Shown here piece by piece: positions 39,648 to 52,815 of a DNA stretch of 64,000 nt. The notes under the pieces were generated by a model. The model was not told the origin of the DNA. It saw only the letters and a list, made by a program, of their open reading frames with translations, and searched no databases. Source of the DNA: Octopus vulgaris. Lineage: Eukaryota. Position 1 is the first letter of the stretch. Each line of letters begins with the position of its first letter. The position numbers and the translations under genes were made by a program. The DNA is taken from positions 7,130,001 to 7,194,000 of the forward strand of contig OX597824.1 of NCBI GenBank assembly GCA_951406725.2. The letters are read 5' to 3'.

Positions 39648-39982
39648 TTAACATCCGCTTTCCATGCTGGCATGGGTTGGACAGTTTGACTGAGGACTGG
39701 CAAGCCAGGAGGCTCCAATCTGATCTGGCAAGGTTTCTACAGCTGGATGCCCTTGCTAATGCCAACCACTCTGAGAGTGTAGTGGTGCTTTTTATGTGCC
39801 AGTCAGGTGGCACTGGCAATGACCACACACAAATGGTGCTTTTTACATGCCACCAGCACAGGAGCCAGTCAGGTAGCACTGGCAACGACCATGCTCAAAG
39901 CCTGATGCAGCCTTGTGGCTGGCCAGAGCCTGTTAATCCATCCAACCCATGCCAGCATGGAAAATAGACATTAAATGATGAT
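39616..39982. mobile_element. RTE 3' end (minus) capped by an inverted RTE tail (plus)
   Basis: TTTCCATGCTGGCATGGGTTGGA at ~39659 and TCCAACCCATGCCAGCATGGAAA at 39941. Confidence 0.75.
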
Positions 39983-40504
39983 ACACAAATACACACACAC
40001 ACACACCCATCAGTACAGGCTATTTATCTTGACTTACTCATACTCCTGTCTCCTCCACTACTTCAGTCATCACACTCCTCTTGTCACTCTCTCGACTTGG
40101 GAAAAAAAGAAACAATGCAGAGTCAACAGAATTCTTTAGCCTTGGTCTTGCAAGGAGGACAAGGCAGCCCCCCTAATGTTGGTGCCATGATCAAATGCAC
40201 CCTGTGCAGGGCAAGTTATAAAAGGATTGGTGAATGAATGAAGGCAGTAAAACTCAAAGAGAGTGCGTCGATCATGCCAAGTCATGACAACATCTTTAGT
40301 GTTTAATGCCATGACAAAATGCACCCTAAGAACACTGGGAAGTGGTTGGTGTCAGGAATGGCATCCGACCACAGGAACCATACACACACACACAAAAATA
40401 AAAGGAATAAGCAAGAAAGACACCTAAAATGGGGAAATCACTCCAAATAAGAACTGTATGGACCATGACAACCCCCAAGCATGGAAAGTGGACACAAACT
40501 GATA

Positions 40505-40547
<43 letters not shown>

Positions 40548-40640
40548 CGATGACAACAATGTCATAAATTAACGAACTGAAATCAAATTGTCTTTGTTAG
40601 GCCTTGAATGCCAACATATCACTATTATATATGATATATA

Positions 40641-40774
40641 TGGTTGGCATTAGGGAGAGCATCCAGCTGTAGAAACTCAGCCAGATCAAGATTGGAGCCT
40701 GGTGCAGCCATCTGGTTCGCCAGCCCTCAGTCAAAATCATCCAACCCATGCTAGCATGGAAAGCAAACGTCAAC

Positions 40775-40806
<32 letters not shown>
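40641..40806 (+). mobile_element. RTE LINE 3' tail
   Basis: Conserved tail and (GAT)n. Confidence 0.85.
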
Positions 40807-40807
<1 letters not shown>

Positions 40808-41293
40808 ACTTATGATATTCTGCAATATCAAACATTTCGTATATATCAAATATTTACAGGTAGCAATACGAAGGTGCCTTTAATATTTAGCAGAATAGAA
40901 ATGATTCATATCTTCTATTAAATTTACATTTAGCACTGATAAGATCTCCTTGACAACATGGTTTATCTACCGTCTACAGAGGACTACTGCCACAGCAGTT
41001 CATGGTTTACAGTCACTTACTTATTCTTGATGAGTGAGTTGCATTTGGTGCACTTAAGATATTGATTTCCTGTTAACCTAACTTACGCCTCCATTAGTTG
41101 ATTGTTCAAATAATTCCATTCCTATCTATTACTGATATAGCTTCGTCTTAACTACATACATGTGAAAGATCTCTGGATCCAAGTGATAATTCTTGCTTTT
41201 CACATGCACAAAAGAACGTACATAAGTGTGTATACAGACTTACACATACAGACATACACACAATTACACACACTGAAAAAGTTTTATTTCAAA

Positions 41294-41687
41294 ACTAGCA
41301 GTATCGCCCGGCGTTGCTCGGGTTTGTTTTGACCCTTTAAAATTGGAATTTTTGAAAAGTAAAAATTTTGCATTATGTAGCTTGTTATTCTCTTTAAGTG
41401 AACATTTCTCTGGTTGAAATACACCGAAAAATGGCAACACAGTAATAAAAAAAATCGTAAAAAATAGGGATTTTCATAGAAATAAAGCACCTTTTTGATG
41501 TAAATAATGTTTGGTGTTAACATGGTCCGATTTGAATGTTTTCTTCTACGGAAGGAAGAGCAAGCCTTCTTCTATCATACTCTCAATTTTGGTCAACTTG
41601 TGCCGCAGGGTCTTGGAGGAGATAGTGTTAGTTGAAGGCTACCAAACTTGCCATACACAGAAAACTTCAGCTTTGTATAGAGAGAGA
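41294..41687 (-). mobile_element. Non-autonomous Helitron
   Basis: CTAG 3' end with hairpin CCCGAGCAACGCCGGG; TC 5' end; family copy. Confidence 0.85.
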
Positions 41688-41827
41688 TTAAGTGCATGTG
41701 CTAAACATGGTTTCAGGATCAATCTCATTGCGTGGCACCTTGAGCAAGTGTTTTCTACAATAGTCTTGGACTGGCCAAAGACTTGTGAATGAATTTGGTA
41801 GATGAAAACTGAAAGAAGCCTGTTGTC

Positions 41828-41866
<39 letters not shown>

Positions 41867-43092
41867 ATGCGTGCATGTATGCGTGCGTGTGTATACTACG
41901 GGCCTCTTTCAGTTTCAGTCTATCAAATCCTCTCACAAGGCTTTGGTTGACCAAAGGCTATAGTAGAAGACACCCAAGGACTGAACTTGGAACCAAGTGC
42001 TTCGGAAACAAACTTCTTACCACCCAACCACAGCCAATAAGTCACTTGAATTCCATTAGTAATGAAATTCCATTTCGGTAATGAAAAACAACCGATCCCT
42101 GAGTTTCCAGTTGAAGAAACACATATTATGTGGAAGAATAACAGAAATGGGAAAACAATATTCGCCAAGAAATTAAACTCCATGCTAAGTGATATTATAG
42201 ATTAAATGCAATACTCAATCAATTCATTTTATTTTCGTTAATATTCTACAAAACATAATGTTATTGAAATGTTTCTTAATGTATTTTCCGCATGTTTTTG
42301 ATATTCTATACAAGAACTTACATGTAATGGTTGGATAGATACATTGTTGCAGCTAATGTTTTATAGATATAGAAAATATGAAGAAATTAGCAGCTGTCAT
42401 CACTAACATTAATAATTTTTACCTTTAACATTAATGGAACATAAATGTTGTTATGTGCACAATGATATTCATGGAATTAAAATACTGTTTTATCACAGAT
42501 ATAATTTATGCTTTTTTTGTTTTGATGTTTGAATTCCTGAATTTAATTATGTATGCACTAGCTTAACTGTACAACAAACAGCATACGTGAAGCAACTACT
42601 GATGGTTATATGTAATATTAAAACAAGAATGCAAATCGAGAGATATTTTTTTATCTAATTCCATGAACGTTGATGCAAGCAGCCAAAAGATATGAGACAC
42701 ACAGTGGGTGGCTGTGTGCATGGCCAAGACATACGACTCACACCAATTCAGTCCATCAAATTGCAAATAAGAACCACACCTGGTTAGGTAGAAAAACCCT
42801 GGCTGGCATGAGGGCTTTGGACAGCAAATGGATGATTGTAATCCCGAACAAAAAATATCCATAAAACTGAACAGAAATTCATTTGCTTTTTTACATGTTT
42901 TATGCTGGGATTCGTTACTCAAAACTTGTTGAGGTCAATTTTCTATAGCCACAAGTTTTTTCTCCTGTTAGAACACTTCTCTGTTTACCAAATGAAGTAT
43001 ATTTTCTTTCTCATTCCATTGGTTCTTACGCGTTATCTGCTGTTATTTAATGGAGAATGTAAACAAAAACACTATTTTTTTTTTTTTTTGCT

Positions 43093-43303
43093 CAGTACCA
43101 CCTGACTGGCCCCAGTGCCGGTGGCACGTAAAAAGCACCCACTACACTCTTGGAGTGGTTGGCATTAGGAAGGGCATCCATCTGTAGAAACTCTGCCAAA
43201 TCAAGACTGGAGCCTGGTGCAGCCATCTGGTTCACCAGCCATCAGTCAAAATCGTCCAACCCATGCTAGCATGGAAAGCGGACGTTAAATGATGATGATG
43301 ATG
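43093..43303 (+). mobile_element. RTE LINE 3' tail
   Basis: Conserved tail and (GAT)n. Confidence 0.85.
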
Positions 43304-44199
43304 TGTTAACAAAAATGTACAGAACGACATCCACATGCACATAACACACGCATACATCACTGAGAGGCTTCTTATCAGTTTCCACTCTAAGTATTGGTCA
43401 ACCAGAGGCTAAGCAGAAGGCATTTGTCCAAAATCAGGACAATAGGGGTGCAAAACAAGTTTGTTAATCACATAGCCAAACCTGCACTTTGATTCAAAAA
43501 TATAAAATCAAAAGAAATTTGCGAATATAATTCAAAATGTGAAAAGTGCAATATTTGTTTTTAAAGTATTTAAGTAAACAAAAAAGATAAGGAAAATATT
43601 GATGCAAAGATTCCTATATAAGATACAATTTCATCTGACTAAAAATACATAGAAATTATTCTTACAACAATTTATATAGCTTTCCCAATTATCTAAATTT
43701 AAACTAAAGGTTATAGAAATCAAAATTTTCCTTTTTGTGTGAGAATGAATTAAAAATTAAGTGTTTTTGAATGAAAGTAAAATGTTAGCACAATTTAATC
43801 TAATTCTTATTCTCAAGAGGCAAAAATTGAAGTGATATAAATGCTGTTGAAATTGGTAAGTAATAGAATAAAAAGTATGCGAGAGTCTTTGAGGTTTCTT
43901 TTCTTTTTGTTAACTTACATGGCTGTTTGTTCCACTGAAATAACACACAGTAGATCTAAGTATGCTTTTCTGTAAATGAAAACAACCACCACCAACACAC
44001 TAAAATTAAACAGTCAGACCAAGAAAGTAATATATATTTGACGAAACCTTTTAAATAAGTGATTTGCTGAGAGACACAACATAATCTAACAACAAAATAA
44101 TTCACATTCTATCAGCCATTTTATAAGACATGTAGGAAATAATAATTTTTCTCCATAGGAATGAAGCCTGCAATGTCTACAGAAGGACAAATTAGAAAG

Positions 44200-44575
44200 T
44201 ATGAATGCAGAAACGCATAGGAATTATAATCAGCATAAATGATGGATTCACAAAAGGTGTGGTGGCGCTACAGTCAGTCTGAAAGAAAAGGTAGACTTTG
44301 TATTTGGAAGATGTGTAGGAGTAACAAGCTGTAAGAACACATGTAAAATAAATTCCTTTGAATGCATAGAAGATTCACTAAAAAGCGTAATTAATAGCTT
44401 CTGCTATCAAAGAGACCTAATTAACAGAGGTGAATGCACTGAAAATGTAGACAACCAACTAAGAACAAGGTGAGGAACCTTCAGAGAGCATTCACTTTCA
44501 TGTTGAGAAAGTTTCTTTCTAAACATGAAGAACGGTAAATTGTGTGATGCTTGTGTATGGTGATGGGGTTTGGAA
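44200..44575 (+). pseudogene. Decayed RTE LINE ORF2 internal fragment
   Basis: Reads WIHKRCGGATVSLKEKVDFVFGRC...INSFCYQRDLINRGECTENV...FRE...NGKLCDACV, resembling RTE W.HKRC / F.YLGD / KG.LY.ACV motifs. Confidence 0.65.
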
Positions 44576-44620
44576 TATAAATCACTGAATCTCTGGCCGA
44601 GTACTCCCGTGTTAATACTC

Positions 44621-45033
44621 ATCTCTTTTATCTCTTTTACTTGTTTCAGCCATTTGACTGTGGCCATGCTGGAGCACCGACATTTAGTTGAGCAAATCGA
44701 ACCCAGGACTTATTCTTTGTAAGCCTAGTAATTATTCTATCGGTTTCTTTTGCCGAACCGCTAAGTTACGGGGACGTAAACACACCACCATCAGTTGTCA
44801 AGCGATGTTGGGGAGGACAAATACAGACACACAAACGTATACACACACATACATATATATATATATACATATATATACGATGGACTTCTTTCAGTTTCCA
44901 TCCACTAACAAGGCTTTAGTCAGCCCGAGGCTATAATAGAAGACACTTGCCCAAAGAGCCATGCAGTGGGACTGAACCCGGAACCATGTGGTTGGTAAGC
45001 AAGCTACTTACCACACAGCCACTCCTACACCTA
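44621..45033 (-). mobile_element. Full-length CORE-like SINE
   Basis: Family match. Confidence 0.9.
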
Positions 45034-45949
45034 TGTTAAGCCTTATCCAATATCTTGTTTGATATCTTCTCACTCTTTATTCTCTTCAATGTATCAACTG
45101 TGGAATTTCAGATGGAACCTGATTTGTCTGTACTAATCGTCCCACCATTACCTTTTTTGACTATCATCCTACTTCTCTCCTCCTGCCACTCTGCCTCTCT
45201 TCTCTTTCACTAGGATACCTGTACAACACACTGGTGGAGAATGGCATCAACTCTATTAATATTATGTACCACCATCAATCGCTTTCTACATGTCACCACC
45301 ATTTTCTCCCTCTCTCCTCCATGTTGCTATTCATTGCTCATTCTCTTTTACCATGATACATTTTCATTGCTATCCCAACATGTAACTACAGCCGTTTTCT
45401 GTTCAAACTCCCATGTAGCTATCACTGTCTCTCTTACATTACCCACCTCTTCGACCACCCTTACCATCACTCATCCATGTTGCTCTCCATTGCTCACCCT
45501 CTTTTACCATGGCACACACTTGCAATCCCATCAAACTGCTTTTGCATTTTCTCTGTTTAACCCCAAAACTCCCAGCTACCAATGTGTGGCAACTATCAGT
45601 GTCTCTCTTCCATTTCTCCCTCTCCTATCATTTCAGCACTCTCTTCTCTGTCCATTGTCACACATTCATTCTTACACTCCCTTCTTTCATACACATGGTC
45701 ATCATTCCACTTCTGTTTCATCTTGAAAACAATGGAGACTACAAAGACTACAAAGGACTCCCTAGATTTGCAGAAGGCAAGACAATATCTTTAGCTTTGA
45801 TGCCAATGATACCATGCACACAGGACCCTCTGTGAAGTAGAGCAGGGAGCATTCAAAAGAAGACAAAGCAGAATAATGTAGACTCTTTAGCTGTGTGAAG
45901 GATATAACACCATTAATACCACTGGTGCCAATTCTGTAAAATAGAATGC

Positions 45950-46183
45950 CTATTTCTTTACTACCCACAAGGGGCTAAACACAGAGTGGACGAACAAGGA
46001 CAGACAAATGGATTAAGTCGATTACATCGACCCCAGTGCATAACTGGTACTTATTTAATTGATCTCGAAAGGATGAAAGACAAAGTCGACCTAGGCGGAA
46101 TTTCAACTCAGAACGTAGCGGAAGACGAAATACCACTAAGCATTTTGCCTGGCACACTAACATTTCTACCAGCTCGCTGCCTT
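45950..46183 (-). mobile_element. Meta-like SINE
   Basis: Family match. Confidence 0.85.
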
Positions 46184-46190
46184 GACAACA

Positions 46191-46579
46191 TTAATACCAT
46201 TGGTGCCAATTCTGTAAAATGGTTAATACCACTGGTGCCAATTCTGTAAAATGGTTAATACCATTGGTGCCAATTCTGTAAAATGGTTAATACCACTGGT
46301 GCCAATTCCGTAAAATGGTTAATACCACTGGTGCCAATTCTGTAAAATGGTTAATACCACTGGTGCCAATTCTGTAAAATGGTTAATACCACTGGTGCCA
46401 ATTCTGTAAAATGGTTAATACCACTGGTGCCAATTCTGTAAAATGGTTAATACCACTGGTGCCAATTCTGTAAAATGGTTAATACCACTGGTGCCAATTC
46501 TGTAAAATGGTTAATACCACTGGTGCCAATTCTGTAAAATGGTTAATACCACTGGTGCCAATTCCGTAAAATGGTTAAT
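46191..46579. repeat. Tandem minisatellite, 12 x 32 bp (TTAATACCACTGGTGCCAATTCTGTAAAATGG)
   Basis: Counted 12 units with only two variant positions; a further partial unit at 45914-45943. Confidence 0.95.
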
Positions 46580-46754
46580 CTTAGGAAAGGTTGCCAGCCA
46601 TAAGAAACCACATCAAAATGGAAGGTACAAGCAAAATATGCTAATCCAACCCATTGATAATGGTAAATGACTCCGAATAAGAACAAATTCGGATCGTATA
46701 ATCTGACCCCAACCAATACCAATCCAGAAGAAATGCATGAACGATGATGAGTTA

Positions 46755-46969
46755 TTAACCCTTTCGTTACTAACCCGGCTGAAACCGGCTCTGGCTCTGA
46801 GTAGAAATGTCTTGTTTTCAAAAGTTCAGAATTAAAATCTTCCACCAAACCTTAATCACAATTTATGTTCCTAACAACTAAATTATTTTACTAAATTCTT
46901 TGTTATCTTTAAAATTAATTGAAAGAAACACAGAGCATCTCAAAATAAATACAGTAATGGAAGGGTTAA
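46755..46969 (+). mobile_element. TTAA-flanked MITE
   Basis: TTAACCCTTTCGTTAC...AAGGGTTAA. Confidence 0.85.
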
Positions 46970-47271
46970 GGGCATAGACGACATTAATGCAGTGAACCAA
47001 TTCCATCTGGAACACAAGACTGGGCTTCAGATGTGGCTGGATAAAGTATCACATTCATACTAAAACATGTCTTATTTAACCATTATTAAATTACAAACTG
47101 GCCAATGAAATTTCATTGTGTCCACCAGCAAAAACAATATTGACAGGCTTAGAGTGAAATATTATTTTCAAATACCAAGACTGGACAGGAGTTAATATAT
47201 TCAGCAAAAGATGAGATTAGTTGGCGAAAAGAAAAGAAATTGTTAGTGGTATGTGCTTCAATGTCATAGCA

Positions 47272-47719
47272 TGTGCGTGTGTGTGTGTGTGTGTGTGTGT
47301 GCATGTGTGTGTGTGTGTGTGTGTGTGTGCATGTGTGTGTGTGTGTGCATGTGTGTGTGTGTGTGAAATACATATTTCTATCTAAACATATATACGTGTG
47401 TGTGTGTGTATATGTATATGTGTGTATATACATGGATGCATATATTTGTATATATATATATATATATATATATATTTGAATACATATATCTATCTATCTG
47501 TGTGTGTGTGTGTGTAAATATATATTTGTATCTATACATATATATGTGTATATATGTATGTGTGTGTATATATATGAGTGCATTATGTTTGCACATATCT
47601 ATATATACACATATATATATATATATTTGAATACATATATCTATCTGCCTATCTGTGTGTATGCATGTGTGTGTATGTGTGTGCATGCAAATACATATTC
47701 ATATCTGTATATATATGTA

Positions 47720-47750
<31 letters not shown>

Positions 47751-47900
47751 GGGTGCATATGTTTGTGTATATGTATATATATATATTTGAATATGTATAT
47801 CTATCTATGTATATGTGTGTGTGTGTGTGCATGTGTGTTTATGTGCATGTGTGTGTACATATATGTGTGTGTGTATGTGCATGTGTGCGTGCCTTTGTGC
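47272..47900. repeat. TG/TA compound microsatellite with higher-order repeats
   Basis: Anchor ATATTTGAATA(C/T)..ATATCTATCT occurs three times. Confidence 0.9.
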
Positions 47901-48888
47901 ATATCTGTTTATAAATCAAAGAGCGTTGACATATATATATCTCATGGATATATATTTCCTGTCTTTCATTCCTTAACAGTTTTAGACTTTTTGCTTACGG
48001 CATATTGGAGCACCATCACACAATAAAAATTTTAAAAATCGAAGAGGAATAATGCCAAGAAGACAAAGATGATAGCAAGAGAGAAAACACACACACACAC
48101 ACAAACCCACGAACAAAATCGAATAATTAGAAGAAAGAGTAAACATCGATGAAAGCTAATTTATAAACTGTAATATCTGCTTCAATTCTAATTAATGAGT
48201 GTGATTAAATAATTTGCTAGACGGTGGCAAAAACTGTATAATCATTCTATTGAATTCAAACATTCATGGCAATCTTAATGCTCATTACAAATATTTAGCA
48301 ATCTAAACGAAATATCAATGCAACCAATTAATTTCCTGTCTAAATAATGTGATTCTAGCTGAGAGAAATTAAACCTGTTTCTTTCAAACAAATACATTTA
48401 AGAGCACAAACAATAGCAAGTGTCCTTACCGTCGTAGGTTTTACATACACCAATCCATGCTGTCATGGATGAGAGGGGATTATATATTTTTTTAGATAGC
48501 ATTTCATGCCCAAATGCTTTTGGTTATTTTCTGATTCTTTATCTTTTATTTGTTTCAGTCACTGAACTGCAGCCTTGAAGAGCTTATCTGAATAAAGCAC
48601 CAACGGTATTTATTTCTTATAAGTCTAGTACTTGTTCTATTAATCTTTGCTAAATGACTAAGTTTTCTTTCTTTGTTTCTTTGGCACACAGTCGGTTATG
48701 ACAACGAGGGTTCCAGTTGATCCAATCAACGGAACAGCCTGCTTGTGAAATTAACGTACAAGTGGCTGAGCACTCCACAGACACGTGTAATCTTAACGTA
48801 GTTCTCAGAGCGATTCAGCATGACACAGAGTGTGACAAGACTGGCCCTTCAAAATAAAGGTACAACAGAAACAGGAAGAAAGAAACAG

Positions 48889-49087
48889 GAGTTCAATTCC
48901 AGGCAGTGACCGGAATAATAACAATAATAATAATAACATCGAAAAAAAATTTCCCCCAAGATACCTCATGAAGGATGGAGGGTGTATCAACCAAAATGTG
49001 TTAACAACAAACAAGATGAGGACAAATATCTGTCAAATGTAAATAATATAAGTACATAATTCCTTATCTCTTAAATGTATAACTGTA
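48889..49087 (+). mobile_element. Degenerate copy of the tRNA-hammerhead SINE
   Basis: GAGTTCAATTCC..GTGACC..(TAA)n..CATCGAAAAA..CCCCAAGATACCTCATGAAGGATGGAGGGTGTATCAACC..AAACAAGATGAGGACAAATATC. Confidence 0.75.
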
Positions 49088-49672
49088 AATAAATATTATT
49101 TCAATTCTCTAACCTTACTATCTTACTGAGTGTAACCCAATTTTAGAATACATACAACAAAGGATTAGCAACAGGCCATAAAAATACTACCTCAGAAAAA
49201 CTGTCAAACCCATTGAGGCATGGGAAAGTAGATGTAAAACGGTGATAAAGATGAGTTATTCAGTCTTTCTATAACAAAATATATTTTTTAAAAATGGTAT
49301 TTCAAGCCTATAAAATCCAGTTAATCGTAATAAATCATTTTCCATTCCAAAGATAACTTCAAATAGTTCATCAGATTAATCACTGTTCTGTGAAGAATTT
49401 TCTATTCAAAAACAGGCAACCTGACCAAATACTAATGCATTTGAATGGTTGAACAGAGATAGATGCAGATGTATAGATATCTGCTCGGTACCTATAAGTA
49501 GTTACTTTTGTGCAGGTAAAGTGGTAATGTATTGATGCAGTGTTCACAAAAAAGAAAATCCAACCAAAGATCAAGTGGGACAGAATTCTCACCAACAATA
49601 AAAGATTCAATAATTTTACACATGATGCTAATCTAAGAAATATCCAATATATAAAGTATAATGTGCAAATTT

Positions 49673-49697
49673 GATATATGTACATACATACATATAC

Positions 49698-49728
<31 letters not shown>

Positions 49729-49791
49729 TATATACACACACACACATATATATATACATATATATACACATATATATATATACACACACAC

Positions 49792-49868
<77 letters not shown>

Positions 49869-49948
49869 TATACACACATATATATATATATACATACATA
49901 TATATATATACATACATATATATACATATTTATATATATACACACACA

Positions 49949-50018
<70 letters not shown>

Positions 50019-50150
50019 TAGATATAGATATATTATATATAAAGTATAATATGGAAATTTCCTATATGTATACACACATACACACATGCATATACGTGGT
50101 GTGCGTGTGTATGCATGTGTGGGTGTGTGTGTGTATGCATGTGTGTGTGT

Positions 50151-50182
<32 letters not shown>

Positions 50183-50183
50183 A
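49673..50183. repeat. (TA)n/(CA)n/(TG)n microsatellite block
   Basis: Direct inspection. Confidence 0.95.
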
Positions 50184-50540
50184 TGAGGTCTTTCATAAAA
50201 CGTCTTTGCACTGACTTCACATCTGATATTATGTTCAGGAGCAAATTTATTTCCCCACAATGGACATTAACAGAGAGTTTTATAGACATAAGCAGAGCAA
50301 TAAAAGAATTTCAAATTTAATAAACACACTCTGGTGACTTGTAATTTTTGGAAGTGAGAAACCAAGATATGTGTAACCAAGTTCCATAACATTTGGTAAG
50401 AAGTAAATTCCTTTTAGAATAACAAGAATATATGTTTAATGAAACAGCAAATCTAAGCAAAACAAAATGTGATATTAAAACTTATGTCAGCCAAAAAATT
50501 ATTCATCATTTTTTCAGTATATAGAAATATTTGTTACAAA

Positions 50541-51210
50541 CCCAGAAAGACACGGGATGACATGGTGAAGCATGACCTTCGAACGTTGGGCCTCACAGAG
50601 GCAATGACAGGAGACCAAGACTATTGGAGATATGTTGTGATTGAGAAGACTTGGCAAGTAAAATGAGATTGCAGACGTGGCCGATGCCAGTGTAGCATAA
50701 CCAGCCCATTTAAAGGTACCCTTGGATTGTCAGGCGATATGCTGTCCTTAAGGAGACTTGTTGAGTCAGGTGAAATCACAGTCATGGCCGATGCCAGTGC
50801 CGCCTGACTGGCACCCATGCTGGTGGCACGTAATAAGCACCATTCAAATGTGGGTCGATGCCAGTGCCACTTCACTGGCTCTGTGTGCCGGTGGCACTTA
50901 AACAGCACCATTCGAACGTGGTTGATACCAGTGCCCCCTGACTGGCTCCCATGTTGGTGGCACATAAAAAGCACCATCTGAACATGATTGATGGCAGTAC
51001 CGCCTAACTGGCTCCTATTAGGTGGTAGCACCACTACACTCTTGGAGTGGTTGGTGTTAGGAAGGGCATCCAGCTCTAGAAACCTTGCCAAATCAGACTG
51101 GAACCTGGTGCAGCCTTCTGGCTTGCTAGTCCTCAGTCAAACCATCCAACCCACACAAGCATGGAAAATGGACACACTACAACAACGGTGGTAACGATGA
51201 TGACGATGAT
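50541..51210 (+). mobile_element. 5'-truncated RTE-clade LINE (ORF2 C-terminus, 3' UTR with ~60-bp subrepeats, (GAT)n)
   Basis: PRKTRDDMVKHDLRTLGLTEAMTGDQDYWRYVVIEKTWQVK* (stop 50664-50666), a typical RTE C-terminus. Confidence 0.88.
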
Positions 51211-51446
51211 CAAAACAGACCTGAGTAGATATCATGCTAAGCTGATGACATATATTAAACTGAAACAGGTGCATCATTGTCCAACTATAAGAGGTGAAGT
51301 TGTTATGATGTTTGGTTTATAACTGATAAGGAGAGAGCTTAACCGTGTCTTGTGTGTGCATTATCTATGTGTTCCTTTGTCACATACATGTGCAATTTTT
51401 GAATCTTCTATTTATGTATATATATATATATATATATATATAATAA

Positions 51447-51870
51447 TCATCATCATCATTTAACATCCATTGTCCATGCTGCCATGGGTTGGACAGTTTG
51501 ACTGGGCTGACAAGCTGGAAGGCTGCACCGGGCTCCAGTCTAATTTGGAATGGTTTTGTACAGTTGGATGCCTTTCCTCACAAAAACCACTCTGAGAATG
51601 TAAAGGGTGCTTTTATGTGCCACCAGCATGGGTGCCATTTGCATGACACTGGTATCGGCCACGACTGTGATTCTGCTCAGCTTGATACATTTTCTTCTCA
51701 AGCACAACATAATGCCAAAGGTCTTGGCCATTGCCTCTGTGAGGCCCAACACTCAAAAGGAACTCGGCCACTTTGCCTCCATGAGGCCCAACGCTTGAAA
51801 GGAACACAGCTACTTTGCTTCCATCAGGCCCAATGTTCAAAGGTTGATTTTTTTTACATGCTACCAGCAT
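51447..51870 (-). mobile_element. RTE-derived element with three ~41-bp tandem copies of the coding end
   Basis: (CAT)n tail; (G/C)AGGCCCAA....AAAGG repeated three times in 51720-51843. Confidence 0.7.
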
Positions 51871-51928
51871 ATATATATATATATATATATGTACCGTTAG
51901 TCTATGAACTAAGAAGTGGTGTACTTAC

Positions 51929-52016
51929 CCTGTTTGAATAAGCTAATTCCATTGATTCAGAAGAGAGTTTGCATAAGGCATCAATGAGATGGTGTAACGC
52001 AACATCATCAAGGTAC
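51929..52016 (-). CDS. MON2: Internal coding exon of MON2 homolog (endosome-to-Golgi trafficking regulator, Sec7-GEF-like)
   Basis: Acceptor ttctatttttacAG, donor AGG|GTAAGT; 88 nt, phase 2 to 0; translates [29 protein letters not shown] versus recalled human MON2 [30 protein letters not shown]. Confidence 0.85.
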
Positions 52017-52409
52017 CTGTAAAAATAGAAGGAGACATCTTATGAACAATGCGTCTGTTGGACAAAGTAGAATGAATTAAACCCACCTGTTACATTGTTT
52101 AGCAAAATCAGTGGACAAGAATACAAAGCAGGCTTTTTCTTAGATTCCTCTACATTCTGAGTGCAAACACCCCTGTGGGCTATTTTGCACTTTATCCTAC
52201 CAAGGTAGATGAGAAGCAGTGAAGTGCTGCGGTTAGTCTCATCATCTGTGTTCAACCTCAGAATTTATGCTAATAGTGCAGGTTCCAATCCAACATGGTT
52301 CCAGGTTCAGTCCCACTGTGCAGTACTTTGGGTGAGTGTCTTCTACTCTGGTCCTGGTTGACCAGAGCCATGTGAGTGGATTTGCTAGAGAGAGGCTCAA
52401 AGAAAACTG

Positions 52410-52746
52410 TCGGATAAATGTGCGTGCATGCGTGTGTATTGATATATTAGAGTGCGTGTGCATGCGTGTATATATATATATATATATATATATACAAACA
52501 TACACATACATATATATATATACATAAATGTGTGTGTGTGTATTGATATATTAGTGTGTGTGTGTGTGCGTATATATGTATATATGTATGTATGTATATA
52601 TATATATATATATACAAACATACACATACGTATATATATATACATAAATGTGTGTGTGTGTCTTGATATATTAGTGTGTGTGTGTGTGCGTATATATGTA
52701 TATATGTATGTATATATATATACACACACACACACACATACATACA

Positions 52747-52815
<69 letters not shown>

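Noticed and set aside
39305-39967. 220-aa ORF
   Set aside because: Runs through (CAT)n and the antisense RTE 3' UTR; no recognisable domain
45241-45726. 161-aa ORF
   Set aside because: Pyrimidine-rich low-complexity region with biased composition and no domain; likely a decayed repeat
46191-46579. 32-bp repeats resembling a CRISPR array in unit length
   Set aside because: Units are contiguous with no unique spacers, there are no cas genes, and the context is eukaryotic
51235-51278. CUGAUGA...GAAAC hammerhead-like spacing
   Set aside because: No convincing stem II or NUH triplet
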